A stretch of 64,000 nucleotides of DNA from Actinomycetes bacterium (GTDB taxonomy: Bacteria; Actinomycetota; Actinomycetes; Jiangellales; Jiangellaceae): the NCBI GenBank assembly GCA_021793295.1, contig JAJYTA010000004.1, positions 442 to 64,441 on the forward strand, read 5' to 3'. The first letter of the stretch is position 1, and every line of letters begins with the position of its first letter. The notes beneath the pieces are model-generated. The model made no database searches. It saw nothing but the letters and a program-made list of their open reading frames with translations, and was not told the origin of the DNA. The translations under genes were made by a program, and so were the position numbers. Below, piece after piece: positions 41,313 to 50,910 of the stretch.

Positions 41313-42307
41313 CGGCTACTCTCCCGGATGGTCAACGATGGAGGGACGGTGACCCGCTCCGGCGGCGAATCGTCGCCGTTCATCCGAGCGAGCAAGAGCT
41401 TCGCGGCGATCCGCCCACGGTCGGCCGAGCCCAGGGACACGCTCGACAATGGCGGGAAGCTGGTGGCGGCCAGAGTGGTGTCGTCCATGCCGACGACGCG
41501 CACGTCGTCCGGGACGGTCCGGCCGAGTTCGCGCAGGGCATGCAGGGTGCCCATGGCGATGAGGTCGTTGGCTCCGAACACCGCGTCGACGTCGGTCCGC
41601 GTCAGCACCTCACGAGCGGCCCGCCGGCCGGACTCGAACTGAAAGTCGGCGAACTCCACCAGGTCGTCGTCGAGAGGCAGCCCGCAGGCGGCGAGCCCGG
41701 CACGGTAACCGGCGTACCGGGCTTCGCCGGGCACGGTGTCGATCGGGCCGTCGATGAACGCGATGCGCCGGGCTCCTGCGGCGTACAAGTGCTCGACGGC
41801 CATCCGCGCGCCCACGCGGGAGTCGGCGCGTACGTTGTCGACCGACACGTCGTCGGGCAGCAGCCCGATCACGATGACCGGGACCGCGGTTTCGCGCAGC
41901 GCGGCCACATGGCGCCCGGTCACCCGCAGCGGGCACAGGATCAGGCCGTCGACGTAGTTCTGGCTCAGGCTGTCCAGCACGCTGACCTCGTCCTCGACGT
42001 CGGCACCGGTGCTGTGCAGGAGCAGCCGGTACCCGGCGTCGCGCAGGACCGGCTGGATCTGGCGGACCATCTCCAAGTAGGCGGCGTTGCCGATGTCCTC
42101 CATGGCGAAGGCGACCTGGGCGGTGTGGCGCGTCTTCAGCGACTGCGCCACCTGGCTGGGGACGTACCCGAGTTGCTGCACCGCCGCCTCGACCCGGGCG
42201 ACCATCTCGGCGTTCGACGTGTTCCCGTTGAGTGCGCGCGACACCGAGGAGATCGACACACCGGCGACCTTGGCGACCTCATGGATCGTCGGCCGTCGGC
42301 GCTGCAT
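41309..42307 (-). CDS. LacI-family transcriptional regulator
   Basis: PTIHEVAKVAGVSISSVSRALN HTH; ATG 42307 after GAGGAG. Confidence 0.95.
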   Translation of the reverse strand: MQRRRPTIHEVAKVAGVSISSVSRALNGNTSNAEMVARVEAAVQQLGYVPSQVAQSLKTRHTAQVAFAMEDIGNAAYLEMVRQIQPVLRDAGYRLLLHSTGADVEDEVSVLDSLSQNYVDGLILCPLRVTGRHVAALRETAVPVIVIGLLPDDVSVDNVRADSRVGARMAVEHLYAAGARRIAFIDGPIDTVPGEARYAGYRAGLAACGLPLDDDLVEFADFQFESGRRAAREVLTRTDVDAVFGANDLIAMGTLHALRELGRTVPDDVRVVGMDDTTLAATSFPPLSSVSLGSADRGRIAAKLLLARMNGDDSPPERVTVPPSLTIRESSR

Positions 42308-42322
42308 CGAGATCAACTCCTC

Positions 42323-42369
42323 GGAAACGTTTCCAGCAGTGGCGACATCCCGGCCCTGGAAACGTTTCC
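42323..42369. promoter_or_regulatory. Two LacI-type operators GGAAACGTTTCC (42323-42334, 42358-42369)
   Basis: Two identical perfect 12-bp palindromes 35 bp apart upstream of the LacI gene. Confidence 0.85.
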
Positions 42370-42382
42370 GGGATGTCCCGAC

Positions 42383-42412
42383 ATTTAAAGACCCGGCTGG
42401 GCTCGCCGTCAA
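42383..42412 (-). promoter_or_regulatory. Housekeeping-sigma promoter of the ARH operon
   Basis: TTGACG-N18-TTAAAT immediately upstream of the operators. Confidence 0.65.
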
Positions 42413-42479
42413 GCCGGCGATACCGATCCGTGACCGGGACGGCGCAGGGGCTGGTCGGACTTGGGCGCGAAGGCGCTGG

Positions 42480-43307
42480 TCAGGGTTTGCGCGCGAGGGC
42501 GCCGACGATGAGATGCTGCACCGGCAGCAGCGGACCGAACCGCGGCCCGCTCGGCCACCAGTCCGCGACGTAGACCAGGCCTGGCTCGAGTACGTCGAGG
42601 CCGTCGAGGATCGGCTCGAGCTCCGCTCTGGTACGGAAATTCGTCCGGCCGGCCGAACCGGACGACATCACCTCGGCGGCCTCCATGGCCATCTCGTGGT
42701 ACTCGTTCTCCGGGTCGAAGGCGTGGCTGAATGCGACGTAGGACCCCGAGGGCAGGGCATCGACGTATTGACGCATGACCCCGGCCGGGTCGTCAGCGCA
42801 GAAGTGCAGGCTCGCCAACTGGAGGAACGCCACGGGCTGGGTGAAGTCGATGTGCGCCTGCACGACCTCGTTGTCGAGGACCGCCGACGGGTCGAAGATG
42901 TCCGCCGCGGCGAAATGAGTCCGGTCGTTCTCCTCGAGCAGAGCCCGGCCGTGCGCCAGCACGATGGGGTCGTTGTCGATGTAGACCACCCGCGCGTCCG
43001 GATTGATCCGCTGCACCACCTGGTGCACGTTCTCCGCCGTCGGCAACCCCGAGCCGCAGTCCAGGAACTGCTCGATCCCGACCTGGTTCGCCAGGTAGCG
43101 GCACACCCGCACCAGGAATGCGCGATTCTCGTTCGCCGCCTGCATGACCTCGGGCGCGGCAGCGTTGAGCTGGGCCAACATCTCGCGGTCGACGGCGTAA
43201 TTGTCCTTGCCGCCCAACGCCGCGTCGTACACGCGGGCCGTACTCGGCTTCGTCGTGTCGATGTGCATGGGCGCAGGCCCGTCTTCGGCCGACTCGGCAC
43301 TGGACAT
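42480..43307 (-). CDS. Actinomycete S-adenosyl methyltransferase (PF04672-like)
   Basis: [45 protein letters not shown]. Confidence 0.9.
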   Translation of the reverse strand: MSSAESAEDGPAPMHIDTTKPSTARVYDAALGGKDNYAVDREMLAQLNAAAPEVMQAANENRAFLVRVCRYLANQVGIEQFLDCGSGLPTAENVHQVVQRINPDARVVYIDNDPIVLAHGRALLEENDRTHFAAADIFDPSAVLDNEVVQAHIDFTQPVAFLQLASLHFCADDPAGVMRQYVDALPSGSYVAFSHAFDPENEYHEMAMEAAEVMSSGSAGRTNFRTRAELEPILDGLDVLEPGLVYVADWWPSGPRFGPLLPVQHLIVGALARKP

Positions 43308-43512
43308 CGATCAACCTCGCACGTCGACTCCGGGCTGTGTCACGGGCGGACTGCCACCCCTGCTCGGCCATCGTCCGCTGATCACCGAGCGGGGCGAGTA
43401 TAACCACGTCACCGGGGCTGGGGGCTACCCTCTGACAGCCATTTTTCACCGATGGTCATCAGGCGGCGAAGGTCGTCCGAGCTGTGGGTCCGCCATCACG
43501 GGGACCGTCTGG

Positions 43513-43534
43513 GTCTACCCAGTGTTCACCCGGG
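43513..43534 (+). promoter_or_regulatory. Possible PHO box upstream of ppk
   Basis: GTCTACCCAGT GTTCACCCGGG, 11-bp spaced units; first unit degenerate. Confidence 0.4.
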
Positions 43535-43551
43535 CGTGCCAGCATTTCTTC

Positions 43552-45630
43552 ATGGCCGAGCTGACGAAGACCGAGGAGCGCTACCTCGATCGTGAGCTAT
43601 CGTGGCTCGCCTTCAACTTCCGGGTTCTCGAGCTCGCCGAAGATCCTGATCAGCCCCTGCTCGAGCGGGTACGTTACCTGGCGATCTGCTCCAGCAACCT
43701 CGACGAGTTCTACATGGTGCGCATCGCCGGGCTGAAACGGCGCATCGCCGCGGGCGTGGCCGTCCCCGCCGCCAGCGGCCTGATGCCGCGCGAGGTCCTC
43801 GAACGCACCTTGGAGCGAACGCGCGAGCTGATGGCGCGGCAGACCAAGTGCTTCCGCTCCGACGTTCTGCCAGCTCTGGCCGCCGAGGGCATCGACATCG
43901 TCCGCTGGGACGATCTCGCCGAAGACGAACGCCCAGCGCTGCGGCAGTTGTTCAGCGAGCGGATCTTCCCGGTGCTGACGCCGCTGGCCGTCGACCCGGC
44001 CCATCCGTTCCCGTACATCTCCGGCCTTTCGCTCAATCTGGCGGTGGTGGTGCGCAACCCGCGGACCGGAACCGACCACTTCGCCAGGGTCAAGGTGCCG
44101 CCGAACTTCGCCCGCTTCCTGCCCGTGACCGATCAGCGATTCGTCCCGCTCGAGGACGTCATCGCCGCTCACCTGGGTGACCTGTTCCCCGGCATGCAGG
44201 TCCTCCAGCACCACACCTTCCGGGTCACCCGGAACGAGGACGTCGAGGTCGAGGAGGACGACGCCGAGAATCTGCTGACCGCGATGGAACGTGAGCTGAT
44301 GCGCCGTCGCTTCGGCCCGGCGGTCCGCCTGGAGGTCGAGGAGACCGTCGACCCGCACGTCCTCGACCTGTTGCAGCGAGAGCTGGGGGTCAGCGACGGC
44401 GAGACGTTCATGCTGCAGGGTCCGCTCGATCTCACCGGGCTCGACGACATCGCCGACATCGACCGGGCCGAGCTGAAGTACCGGCCGTTCCTGCCCGCCA
44501 CGCACCGCGATCTGCCGGATGTCGAGTCAGCGTTGCCCGCGGACATGTTCGCCGCGATCTCCAAGGGCGACGTGCTCGTCCACCACCCGTACGACTCGTT
44601 CTCCACCAGCGTGCAGCGCTTCATCGAGCAGGCCGCCGCTGACCCGCGCGTGCTGGCGATCAAGCAGACCCTGTACCGCACCAGCGGGGACTCGCCGATC
44701 GTCGATGCACTCGTGGACGCCGCCGAGGCCGGTAAGCAAGTGCTGGCGCTGGTCGAGATCAAGGCGCGGTTCGACGAGCAGGCCAACATCACGTGGGCGC
44801 GCAAGCTCGAGCACGCGGGGGTTCACGTCGTCTACGGCATCGTCGGGCTCAAGACGCACTGCAAGCTCTGCCTGGTCGTGCGCGACGAAGCCGGCGGCGT
44901 CATCCGCCGCTACAGCCACATCGGCACCGGCAACTACCACCCGAAGACCGCCCGCGGCTACGAGGACCTGGGGCTGCTCACCGCCGACCCGGAAGTGGCC
45001 GAGGACGTCAATCTGCTGTTCAACACGCTGTCCGGCTATTCGGTCGACTCGGAGTACCGCCGGTTGCTGGTGGCCCCGCAGGGTTTGCGCAGCGGGATCA
45101 TCGAGCGGATCGAACGCGAGATCGAGCATCGTCGGGCCGGTCGGCCGGCCCGGATCCGGTTCAAGCTCAACAGCCTGGTGGACGAGTCGATCGTCGAGGC
45201 GCTGTACTCGGCGTCCGAGCACGGCGTGCCGGTCGACATCTGGGTGCGCGGCATCTGCAGCGTGCGCGCCGGCGTTCCTGGCCTGTCGGAGAACATCCGG
45301 GTGCGCAGCATCCTGGGCCGGTTCCTCGAGCACTCGCGGATCTTCGCCTTCGACAACGGCAGCGATCCGGAGTACTGGATCGGCTCGGCGGACCTGATGC
45401 ACCGTAATCTCGATCGCCGGGTCGAGGTCCTGGTCAAGCTGGGTCGCCACGAGCATCTACGCGAACTGGCCGGGCTGTTCGATCTCGCCTTCGACCCGGG
45501 CACCGCGTCGTGGCACCTGAAACCGGACGGGTCGTGGGTACGCGAGCACCTCGGTCCCGACAACGAACCGTTGATCGACCTGCAGCAGATGCTCATCGAA
45601 CGCAAGCGGCGCCGCCGGAGCGCGTCGTGA
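43552..45630 (+). CDS. ppk1: Polyphosphate kinase 1
   Basis: [44 protein letters not shown]. Confidence 0.97.
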   Translation: MAELTKTEERYLDRELSWLAFNFRVLELAEDPDQPLLERVRYLAICSSNLDEFYMVRIAGLKRRIAAGVAVPAASGLMPREVLERTLERTRELMARQTKCFRSDVLPALAAEGIDIVRWDDLAEDERPALRQLFSERIFPVLTPLAVDPAHPFPYISGLSLNLAVVVRNPRTGTDHFARVKVPPNFARFLPVTDQRFVPLEDVIAAHLGDLFPGMQVLQHHTFRVTRNEDVEVEEDDAENLLTAMERELMRRRFGPAVRLEVEETVDPHVLDLLQRELGVSDGETFMLQGPLDLTGLDDIADIDRAELKYRPFLPATHRDLPDVESALPADMFAAISKGDVLVHHPYDSFSTSVQRFIEQAAADPRVLAIKQTLYRTSGDSPIVDALVDAAEAGKQVLALVEIKARFDEQANITWARKLEHAGVHVVYGIVGLKTHCKLCLVVRDEAGGVIRRYSHIGTGNYHPKTARGYEDLGLLTADPEVAEDVNLLFNTLSGYSVDSEYRRLLVAPQGLRSGIIERIEREIEHRRAGRPARIRFKLNSLVDESIVEALYSASEHGVPVDIWVRGICSVRAGVPGLSENIRVRSILGRFLEHSRIFAFDNGSDPEYWIGSADLMHRNLDRRVEVLVKLGRHEHLRELAGLFDLAFDPGTASWHLKPDGSWVREHLGPDNEPLIDLQQMLIERKRRRRSAS

Positions 45631-45673
45631 GCCGCACCGTGGGAGCAACGGGGCCGACGGACGGCGGGCGGCG

Positions 45674-46570
45674 ATGACCGCCGGCACCACGACGGGCGGC
45701 ATCGTCTTGGCCGCAGGTGCGCTCGTGTGGCGCGAGACAGCCGACCGGGGCATCGAGGTGTGTCTGGTCCATCGCCCGAAGTACGACGACTGGTCGCTGC
45801 CCAAGGGCAAGGTCGCCGCCGGCGAGCACCTGCTGGCCTGCGCGGTCCGCGAGGTGAAGGAGGAGACCGGCCATGACGTCGTTCTCGGCCGGCCGCTGCC
45901 CCCGCAGGTCTACGATGTCGACGGCCGGCCGAAACGGGTGTCGTACTGGCTGGCCGAGGCGGCCCCGTCGGCGCCGCCCCGCGCCCCGGACGCCGAGATC
46001 GACGACGTCGCCTTCGTCGCCGTACCGGAGGCGATCAGCCTGCTCACCCACCAGCGCGACGCCGATCTGGTCGCCGCGGCCGTCGGCGGCCCGCTCCGGA
46101 CCACGCCCCTGGTGCTGGTCCGGCACACCGAGGCGAAGCGGCGCCACGAGTGGGCCGGCCCGGATTCCGACCGGCCGCTGTCGGCTCGCGGCGCGGCCGA
46201 CGCCGTGGCGTTGACCGCGCCACTCATGACCCTCGGCGCGCGCCGGATCATCGCCAGCGACACCGTGCGATGCGTCGACACCGTCCTGCCGCTCGCCCGG
46301 CAACTGCGCATCGAGGTGGAGCGCGAGCCGCGGCTGTCCGAGGCGAGCCTGGCCGACGCCGAGGCGCAGGCGCCACATCCCGCGGTGTCGCTGGTACGCG
46401 AGCTGTTGCGCGACGACGAGGGCGTCATCGTGTGCTCCCACCGCCCCCTGTTCCCGATCCTGTTCGACGCCGTCGGTGTGGACCCCCCGCCCGCGATGTC
46501 GCCGGGCGCCTTCCTGGTCGTCCACCACCGTGACGGCGACGTCGTCGCCACGGACCACCACCAGCTCTGA
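45674..46570 (+). CDS. mutT1: Nudix hydrolase plus histidine phosphatase domain (MutT1-like)
   Basis: HRPKYDDWSLPKGK, REVKEETG Nudix box, RHT motif. Confidence 0.9.
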   Translation: MTAGTTTGGIVLAAGALVWRETADRGIEVCLVHRPKYDDWSLPKGKVAAGEHLLACAVREVKEETGHDVVLGRPLPPQVYDVDGRPKRVSYWLAEAAPSAPPRAPDAEIDDVAFVAVPEAISLLTHQRDADLVAAAVGGPLRTTPLVLVRHTEAKRRHEWAGPDSDRPLSARGAADAVALTAPLMTLGARRIIASDTVRCVDTVLPLARQLRIEVEREPRLSEASLADAEAQAPHPAVSLVRELLRDDEGVIVCSHRPLFPILFDAVGVDPPPAMSPGAFLVVHHRDGDVVATDHHQL

Positions 46571-46687
46571 GGCCGGCCGCCGACCCGGCGAGCCTGCCAG
46601 ATTAACCCGCAGGCCACGTGTTCACCTGCGGTGTTCACGTGACCGTCAGCACATGGCCGGCGCAGTGCCGCATTCTGTGCGACAACC

Positions 46688-46731
46688 GTTCATTCCGCGT
46701 TCACTCTTCGCCGGTCACGGCGTCACCTGGC
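46688..46731 (+). promoter_or_regulatory. PHO box upstream of pstS
   Basis: GTTCATTCCGC GTTCACTCTTC (11-bp direct repeats), an in-phase CGTCACC at 46721, and TAGCTT -10 at 46737. Confidence 0.8.
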
Positions 46732-46787
46732 CTCTTTAGCTTGACGAGTGTCACGCAGTCGACACAGGTCCAGGAAGGACATCGGAC

Positions 46788-47924
46788 GTGAACCTCAGCA
46801 TCGCTCGCCGCGGGCTGGCCCCTCTCGCTGTGGCCGGCGCCGCGGCACTCGTGCTGGCCGCCTGTGGCTCGGACCCCGACACCAATCCGGCCGACGACAC
46901 CGAGAACGCCGGTGACACAGCTGACAGCAGCGAGGCCGACAGCGACCTGTCGGGCAGTCTCAACGGTGCCGGCGCCAGCTCCCAGGAGGCTGCCCAGCAG
47001 GCGTGGATCGCCGGCTTCCAGCAACAGCACCCGGGGGTGACCGTCAACTACGCCCCGGAGGGTTCCGGCGCCGGGCGGGAACAGTTCACCTCCGGCGCGG
47101 TGCCGTTCGCCGGCACCGATGCCTACCTCGACGATGAAGAATTGGTCGCCGCCGAGGAAGCGTGCGGTGCTCCAGCCGTCGACCTGCCGCTCTACATCGA
47201 CCCGATCGCGCTGCCGTACAACCTGCCCGGCGTCGACACGCTGAACCTGCGCCCAGAGGTCATCGCCGGGATCTTCGACGAGCAGATCACCACCTGGAAC
47301 GACCCCGCGATCGCCGAGTCGAACCCCGACGTCACGCTGCCGGACCTGCCCATCACCCCGGTGCACCGCTCCGACGAGTCCGGCACCACCGAGAACTTCG
47401 TCGACTACCTGTCCAAGGCGGCCCCGCAGGCCTGGCCGCACGAGGTCAGCGGCGATTGGCCGGCCGGGCTGTCCGGCGAGGCGGCTGCTCAGACGCCGGG
47501 GGTCATCCAGGCCGTCGAGGCCGCGGAAGGCACCATCGGCTACGCCAGCGCAGCCGCGGTCGGCGACATGACCACCGTCGCGGTCGGCGTCGGCGACGAG
47601 TTCGTCGAATACTCCGCCGAAGCCGCCGCCGCGGTCGTCGCCAGTTCGCCGCAGGCCGAGGGCCGGGCCGAGAACGACTTCGCCGTCGACCTCGCCCGCG
47701 ACACCACCGAGTCGGGCAACTACCCGATCGTGCTGATCTCCTACATCGTCGCGTGCACGGCCTACGACGACGCCGCGACCGGCGAGCTGACCCAGGCCTA
47801 CCTCAGCTACCTGGCCAGCGAAGAGGGTCAGCAGGCCGCCGCCGACGCTGCCGGTTCGGCCCCGATCTCCGACGAGATGCGCGCGGACGTCCAGTCCGTC
47901 ATCGACTCCATCGAGATCGGCTGA
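46788..47924 (+). CDS. pstS: Phosphate ABC substrate-binding lipoprotein
   Basis: Lipobox LAAC, GAGASS, GSGAG, HRSDESGTT. Confidence 0.95.
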   Translation: MNLSIARRGLAPLAVAGAAALVLAACGSDPDTNPADDTENAGDTADSSEADSDLSGSLNGAGASSQEAAQQAWIAGFQQQHPGVTVNYAPEGSGAGREQFTSGAVPFAGTDAYLDDEELVAAEEACGAPAVDLPLYIDPIALPYNLPGVDTLNLRPEVIAGIFDEQITTWNDPAIAESNPDVTLPDLPITPVHRSDESGTTENFVDYLSKAAPQAWPHEVSGDWPAGLSGEAAAQTPGVIQAVEAAEGTIGYASAAAVGDMTTVAVGVGDEFVEYSAEAAAAVVASSPQAEGRAENDFAVDLARDTTESGNYPIVLISYIVACTAYDDAATGELTQAYLSYLASEEGQQAAADAAGSAPISDEMRADVQSVIDSIEIG

Positions 47925-48016
47925 CCTCCCATCGCACCACACCGCCGTCCCGCCGCCGGGCGTCCCGACATCACCGCAGGGCCGCCCGGCTCGAGGCGCG
48001 ATACGGAGCTGACACC

Positions 48017-48973
48017 GTGACCATCACCACCACAGACGTGCAGACGCCGCCGAACGCGTCGAGCACGCCGGCCAAGAACCGGGCGGGCGACCGGAACTTC
48101 TCCTGGGCGACCCGCGGTGCCGGCATGCTGATCCTCGTCGTCCTCGCCGGCGTCGCCGCGTTCCTGCTCCTCGAGTCGTTGCCCGCACTGAGCGCCGACC
48201 CGGCGGACATCGAAGGCGGCGAAGGCTTCTTCGCCTACGTCTGGCCGCTCGTCTTCGGCACCTTGGCCGCCGCGCTGATCGCCTTGATCGTGGCCACACC
48301 GCTCGCCCTGGGTATCGCGTTGTTCATCTCGCACTACGCGCCCCGTCGCCTGTCGCAGGGGCTGGGCTACGTGGTCGACCTGCTGGCCGCGATCCCGAGC
48401 GTCGTCTACGGGTTGTGGGGCATCCAGTGGCTGGCACCGAACGTGCGCGGTGCCTGGCAGTGGTTGGCTGACCACCTCGGGTTCGTCCCGCTGTTCACCG
48501 GTCCGGCCTCGGCCACCGGACGCACCTTGATGACCGCCGGGCTCGTCCTGGCGGTGATGATCCTGCCCATCATCACCGCGATCGCCCGTGAGGTGTTCCT
48601 GCAGACACCGGCGCTGCATCAGGAGGCCGCGCTGGCGCTCGGGGCCACCCGGTGGGAGATGATCCGGATGACAGTGCTCCCGTTCGGCCGGCCCGGCCTG
48701 ATCAGCGGCGTGATGCTCGGCCTGGGCCGGGCGCTCGGGGAGACCATGGCGGTGGCGATGGTGCTGTCGACCGGCGGTTTCACCTGGTCCATGGTCACCA
48801 GCGGCAACAGCACCATCGCCGCGGAGATCGCGCTGGACTTCCCGGAGTCGGCCGGGCTCAAGACCAACACGCTCATCGCCGCCGGGCTCGTGCTGTTCGT
48901 CATCACGTTGGCGGTCAACATGGCTGCTCGCCGGGTCGTGACGCGTCGCCAAGCGTTCTCGGGGGCGAACTGA
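48017..48973 (+). CDS. pstC: Phosphate ABC permease
   Basis: LLAAIPSVVYGLWG, RALGETMAV. Confidence 0.95.
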   Translation: MTITTTDVQTPPNASSTPAKNRAGDRNFSWATRGAGMLILVVLAGVAAFLLLESLPALSADPADIEGGEGFFAYVWPLVFGTLAAALIALIVATPLALGIALFISHYAPRRLSQGLGYVVDLLAAIPSVVYGLWGIQWLAPNVRGAWQWLADHLGFVPLFTGPASATGRTLMTAGLVLAVMILPIITAIAREVFLQTPALHQEAALALGATRWEMIRMTVLPFGRPGLISGVMLGLGRALGETMAVAMVLSTGGFTWSMVTSGNSTIAAEIALDFPESAGLKTNTLIAAGLVLFVITLAVNMAARRVVTRRQAFSGAN

Positions 48974-50076
48974 TGACCACCGACGCTGTGCCCGCCACTG
49001 CCACCGGGACTCTCACCCACCGCCGACTGCCCCGGTACGCCCCGGCGGTCACGCTGGCGCTCTCGGCCGCCGTAGGCGCCGGGCTGTCGGCTGCCGTCGG
49101 GTTCTCCGTCCCCGCGTTCGTGGTGGGCGCACTGCTCGCCTACATGGCCACGATCACCATCGCCGCCGGTGTCGTCGAAGGCCGCCGCAAAGCTGTCGAC
49201 CGACTGGTGACCAGCCTGGTGTACGCCGCCTTCGGCATCGCCCTGGTGCCGTTGACCTCGGTGGTGTGGTCGGTGCTGGCCAATGGGCTGCCTCGGTTCG
49301 GGGCCGAGTTCCTCACGACGTCGTTGCGCAACGTCACCGGCCTGCACGATCAACAGGCCGCCGAAGGCCTCGCGCCGTACATCGGCGGTGCCTACCACGC
49401 CGTGCTCGGTACGTTCCTCATCACGGCGCTGGCGACGCTGATCTCCGTCCCGGTCGGCCTGCTCGCCTCGATCTACCTGGTCGAGTACGGACGGGGTCGG
49501 CTGGCCCGGGCCATCACGTTCTTCGTCGACGTCATGACCGGCATCCCGTCCATCGTGGCGGGACTGTTCGCCGCGGCCTTGTTCGGCGTGTTGTTCGGCG
49601 TCGGCACACGTAACGGCTTCGCCGGCGCCGTCGCGCTGTCGGTGCTGATGATCCCCGTGGTGGTCCGCTCCAGCGAGGAGATGCTGCGCATCGTGCCGAA
49701 CGAGCTGCGCGAGGCCGCGTACGCGCTCGGCATCCCCAAGTGGCGCGCCGTGGTCCGGGTGGTGCTGCCGACGGCGATCTCCGGCATCGCCAGCGGTATC
49801 ACGCTGGCCATCGCGCGCGTGGTGGGCGAGACCGCGCCGCTGATCGTCACCGCCGGCTTCACGTCGTCGATCAACAACAACCCGTTCGCGGACTGGATGA
49901 TGTCGCTGCCGGCCTACGTGTACAGCCAGGCGATGCGCCCGCTGTCCGGGTCGACACCCGAGCCCAGCCTTGATCGAGCGTGGGCCGCGGCGCTCACGCT
50001 CGTGATCATCGTCATGGCGCTCAACCTCGTCGCCCGGTTGGTCGCCCGCCTCTTCGCCCCCAAGAACAGCCGCTGA
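48973..50076 (+). CDS. pstA: Phosphate ABC permease
   Basis: GIPSIVAGLF, REAAYALG, RVVGETAPL. Confidence 0.95.
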   Translation: MTTDAVPATATGTLTHRRLPRYAPAVTLALSAAVGAGLSAAVGFSVPAFVVGALLAYMATITIAAGVVEGRRKAVDRLVTSLVYAAFGIALVPLTSVVWSVLANGLPRFGAEFLTTSLRNVTGLHDQQAAEGLAPYIGGAYHAVLGTFLITALATLISVPVGLLASIYLVEYGRGRLARAITFFVDVMTGIPSIVAGLFAAALFGVLFGVGTRNGFAGAVALSVLMIPVVVRSSEEMLRIVPNELREAAYALGIPKWRAVVRVVLPTAISGIASGITLAIARVVGETAPLIVTAGFTSSINNNPFADWMMSLPAYVYSQAMRPLSGSTPEPSLDRAWAAALTLVIIVMALNLVARLVARLFAPKNSR

Positions 50077-50089
50077 GTAAAGGAATTCG

Positions 50090-50878
50090 ATGCCCGCTCA
50101 CGCCAACCGGATCGACGTCGGCGATCTCAACGTCTACTACGGGTCCTTCAAGGCCGTCGAGGACGTGTCGATGGTCATCGAGCCCGGATCGGTCACCGCC
50201 TTCATCGGCCCCTCCGGTTGTGGCAAGTCGACGTTCATCCGCACGCTCAACCGCATGCACGAGGTCGTCCCGGGCGCTCGCGTCGAAGGCAAGGTCCTGC
50301 TCGACGGCGAGGACCTGTACGGCGCCGACGTCGACCCGGTCGTGGTCCGGCGTCAGATCGGGATGGTCTTCCAACGACCGAACCCGTTCCCCACGATGTC
50401 CATCCGCGACAACGTGCTCGCCGGCATCAAGCTGAACGGCGCTCGGATACGTCGCTCCGAGTCCGACGAGATCGTGGAGCAGTCCCTGCGCGGGGCCAAC
50501 CTCTGGACCGAGGTCAAAGACCGCCTCGACAAGCCGGGTTCCGGGCTGTCCGGTGGCCAGCAGCAGCGCCTGTGCATCGCGCGGGCCATCGCGGTCCAGC
50601 CCGATGTGCTGCTCATGGACGAGCCCTGCTCGGCGCTCGACCCGATCTCGACGCTGGCCATCGAGGACCTGATCAGCGAGTTGAAGAAGAACTACACGAT
50701 CGTGATCGTGACGCACAACATGCAGCAGGCCTCCAGAGTCAGCGACCGCACCGCGTTCTTCAACATCGAGGGCACCGGCAAGCCGGGCCGATTGGTGGAG
50801 ATGGACGACACGGCCAAGATCTTCACCAACCCGAGCGTGCAGGCCACCGAGGACTACGTGTCCGGCCGCTTCGGCTGA
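50090..50878 (+). CDS. pstB: Phosphate ABC ATPase
   Basis: [25 protein letters not shown]. Confidence 0.97.
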   Translation: MPAHANRIDVGDLNVYYGSFKAVEDVSMVIEPGSVTAFIGPSGCGKSTFIRTLNRMHEVVPGARVEGKVLLDGEDLYGADVDPVVVRRQIGMVFQRPNPFPTMSIRDNVLAGIKLNGARIRRSESDEIVEQSLRGANLWTEVKDRLDKPGSGLSGGQQQRLCIARAIAVQPDVLLMDEPCSALDPISTLAIEDLISELKKNYTIVIVTHNMQQASRVSDRTAFFNIEGTGKPGRLVEMDDTAKIFTNPSVQATEDYVSGRFG

Positions 50879-50909
50879 GCTGCGCCGGTGGACGCCCACC
50901 GGCGCAGCT
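50878..50909. terminator. Hairpin after pstB
   Basis: AGCTGCGCCGGTGG-ACGC-CCACCGGCGCAGCT, 14-bp stem. Confidence 0.75.
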
Positions 50910-50910
50910 G

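Noticed and set aside
45674-46570. Nudix gene as part of the ARH (ADP-ribose) pathway
   Set aside because: It is a MutT1-type fusion in its usual ppk-pst context, on the opposite strand and outside the LacI operon.
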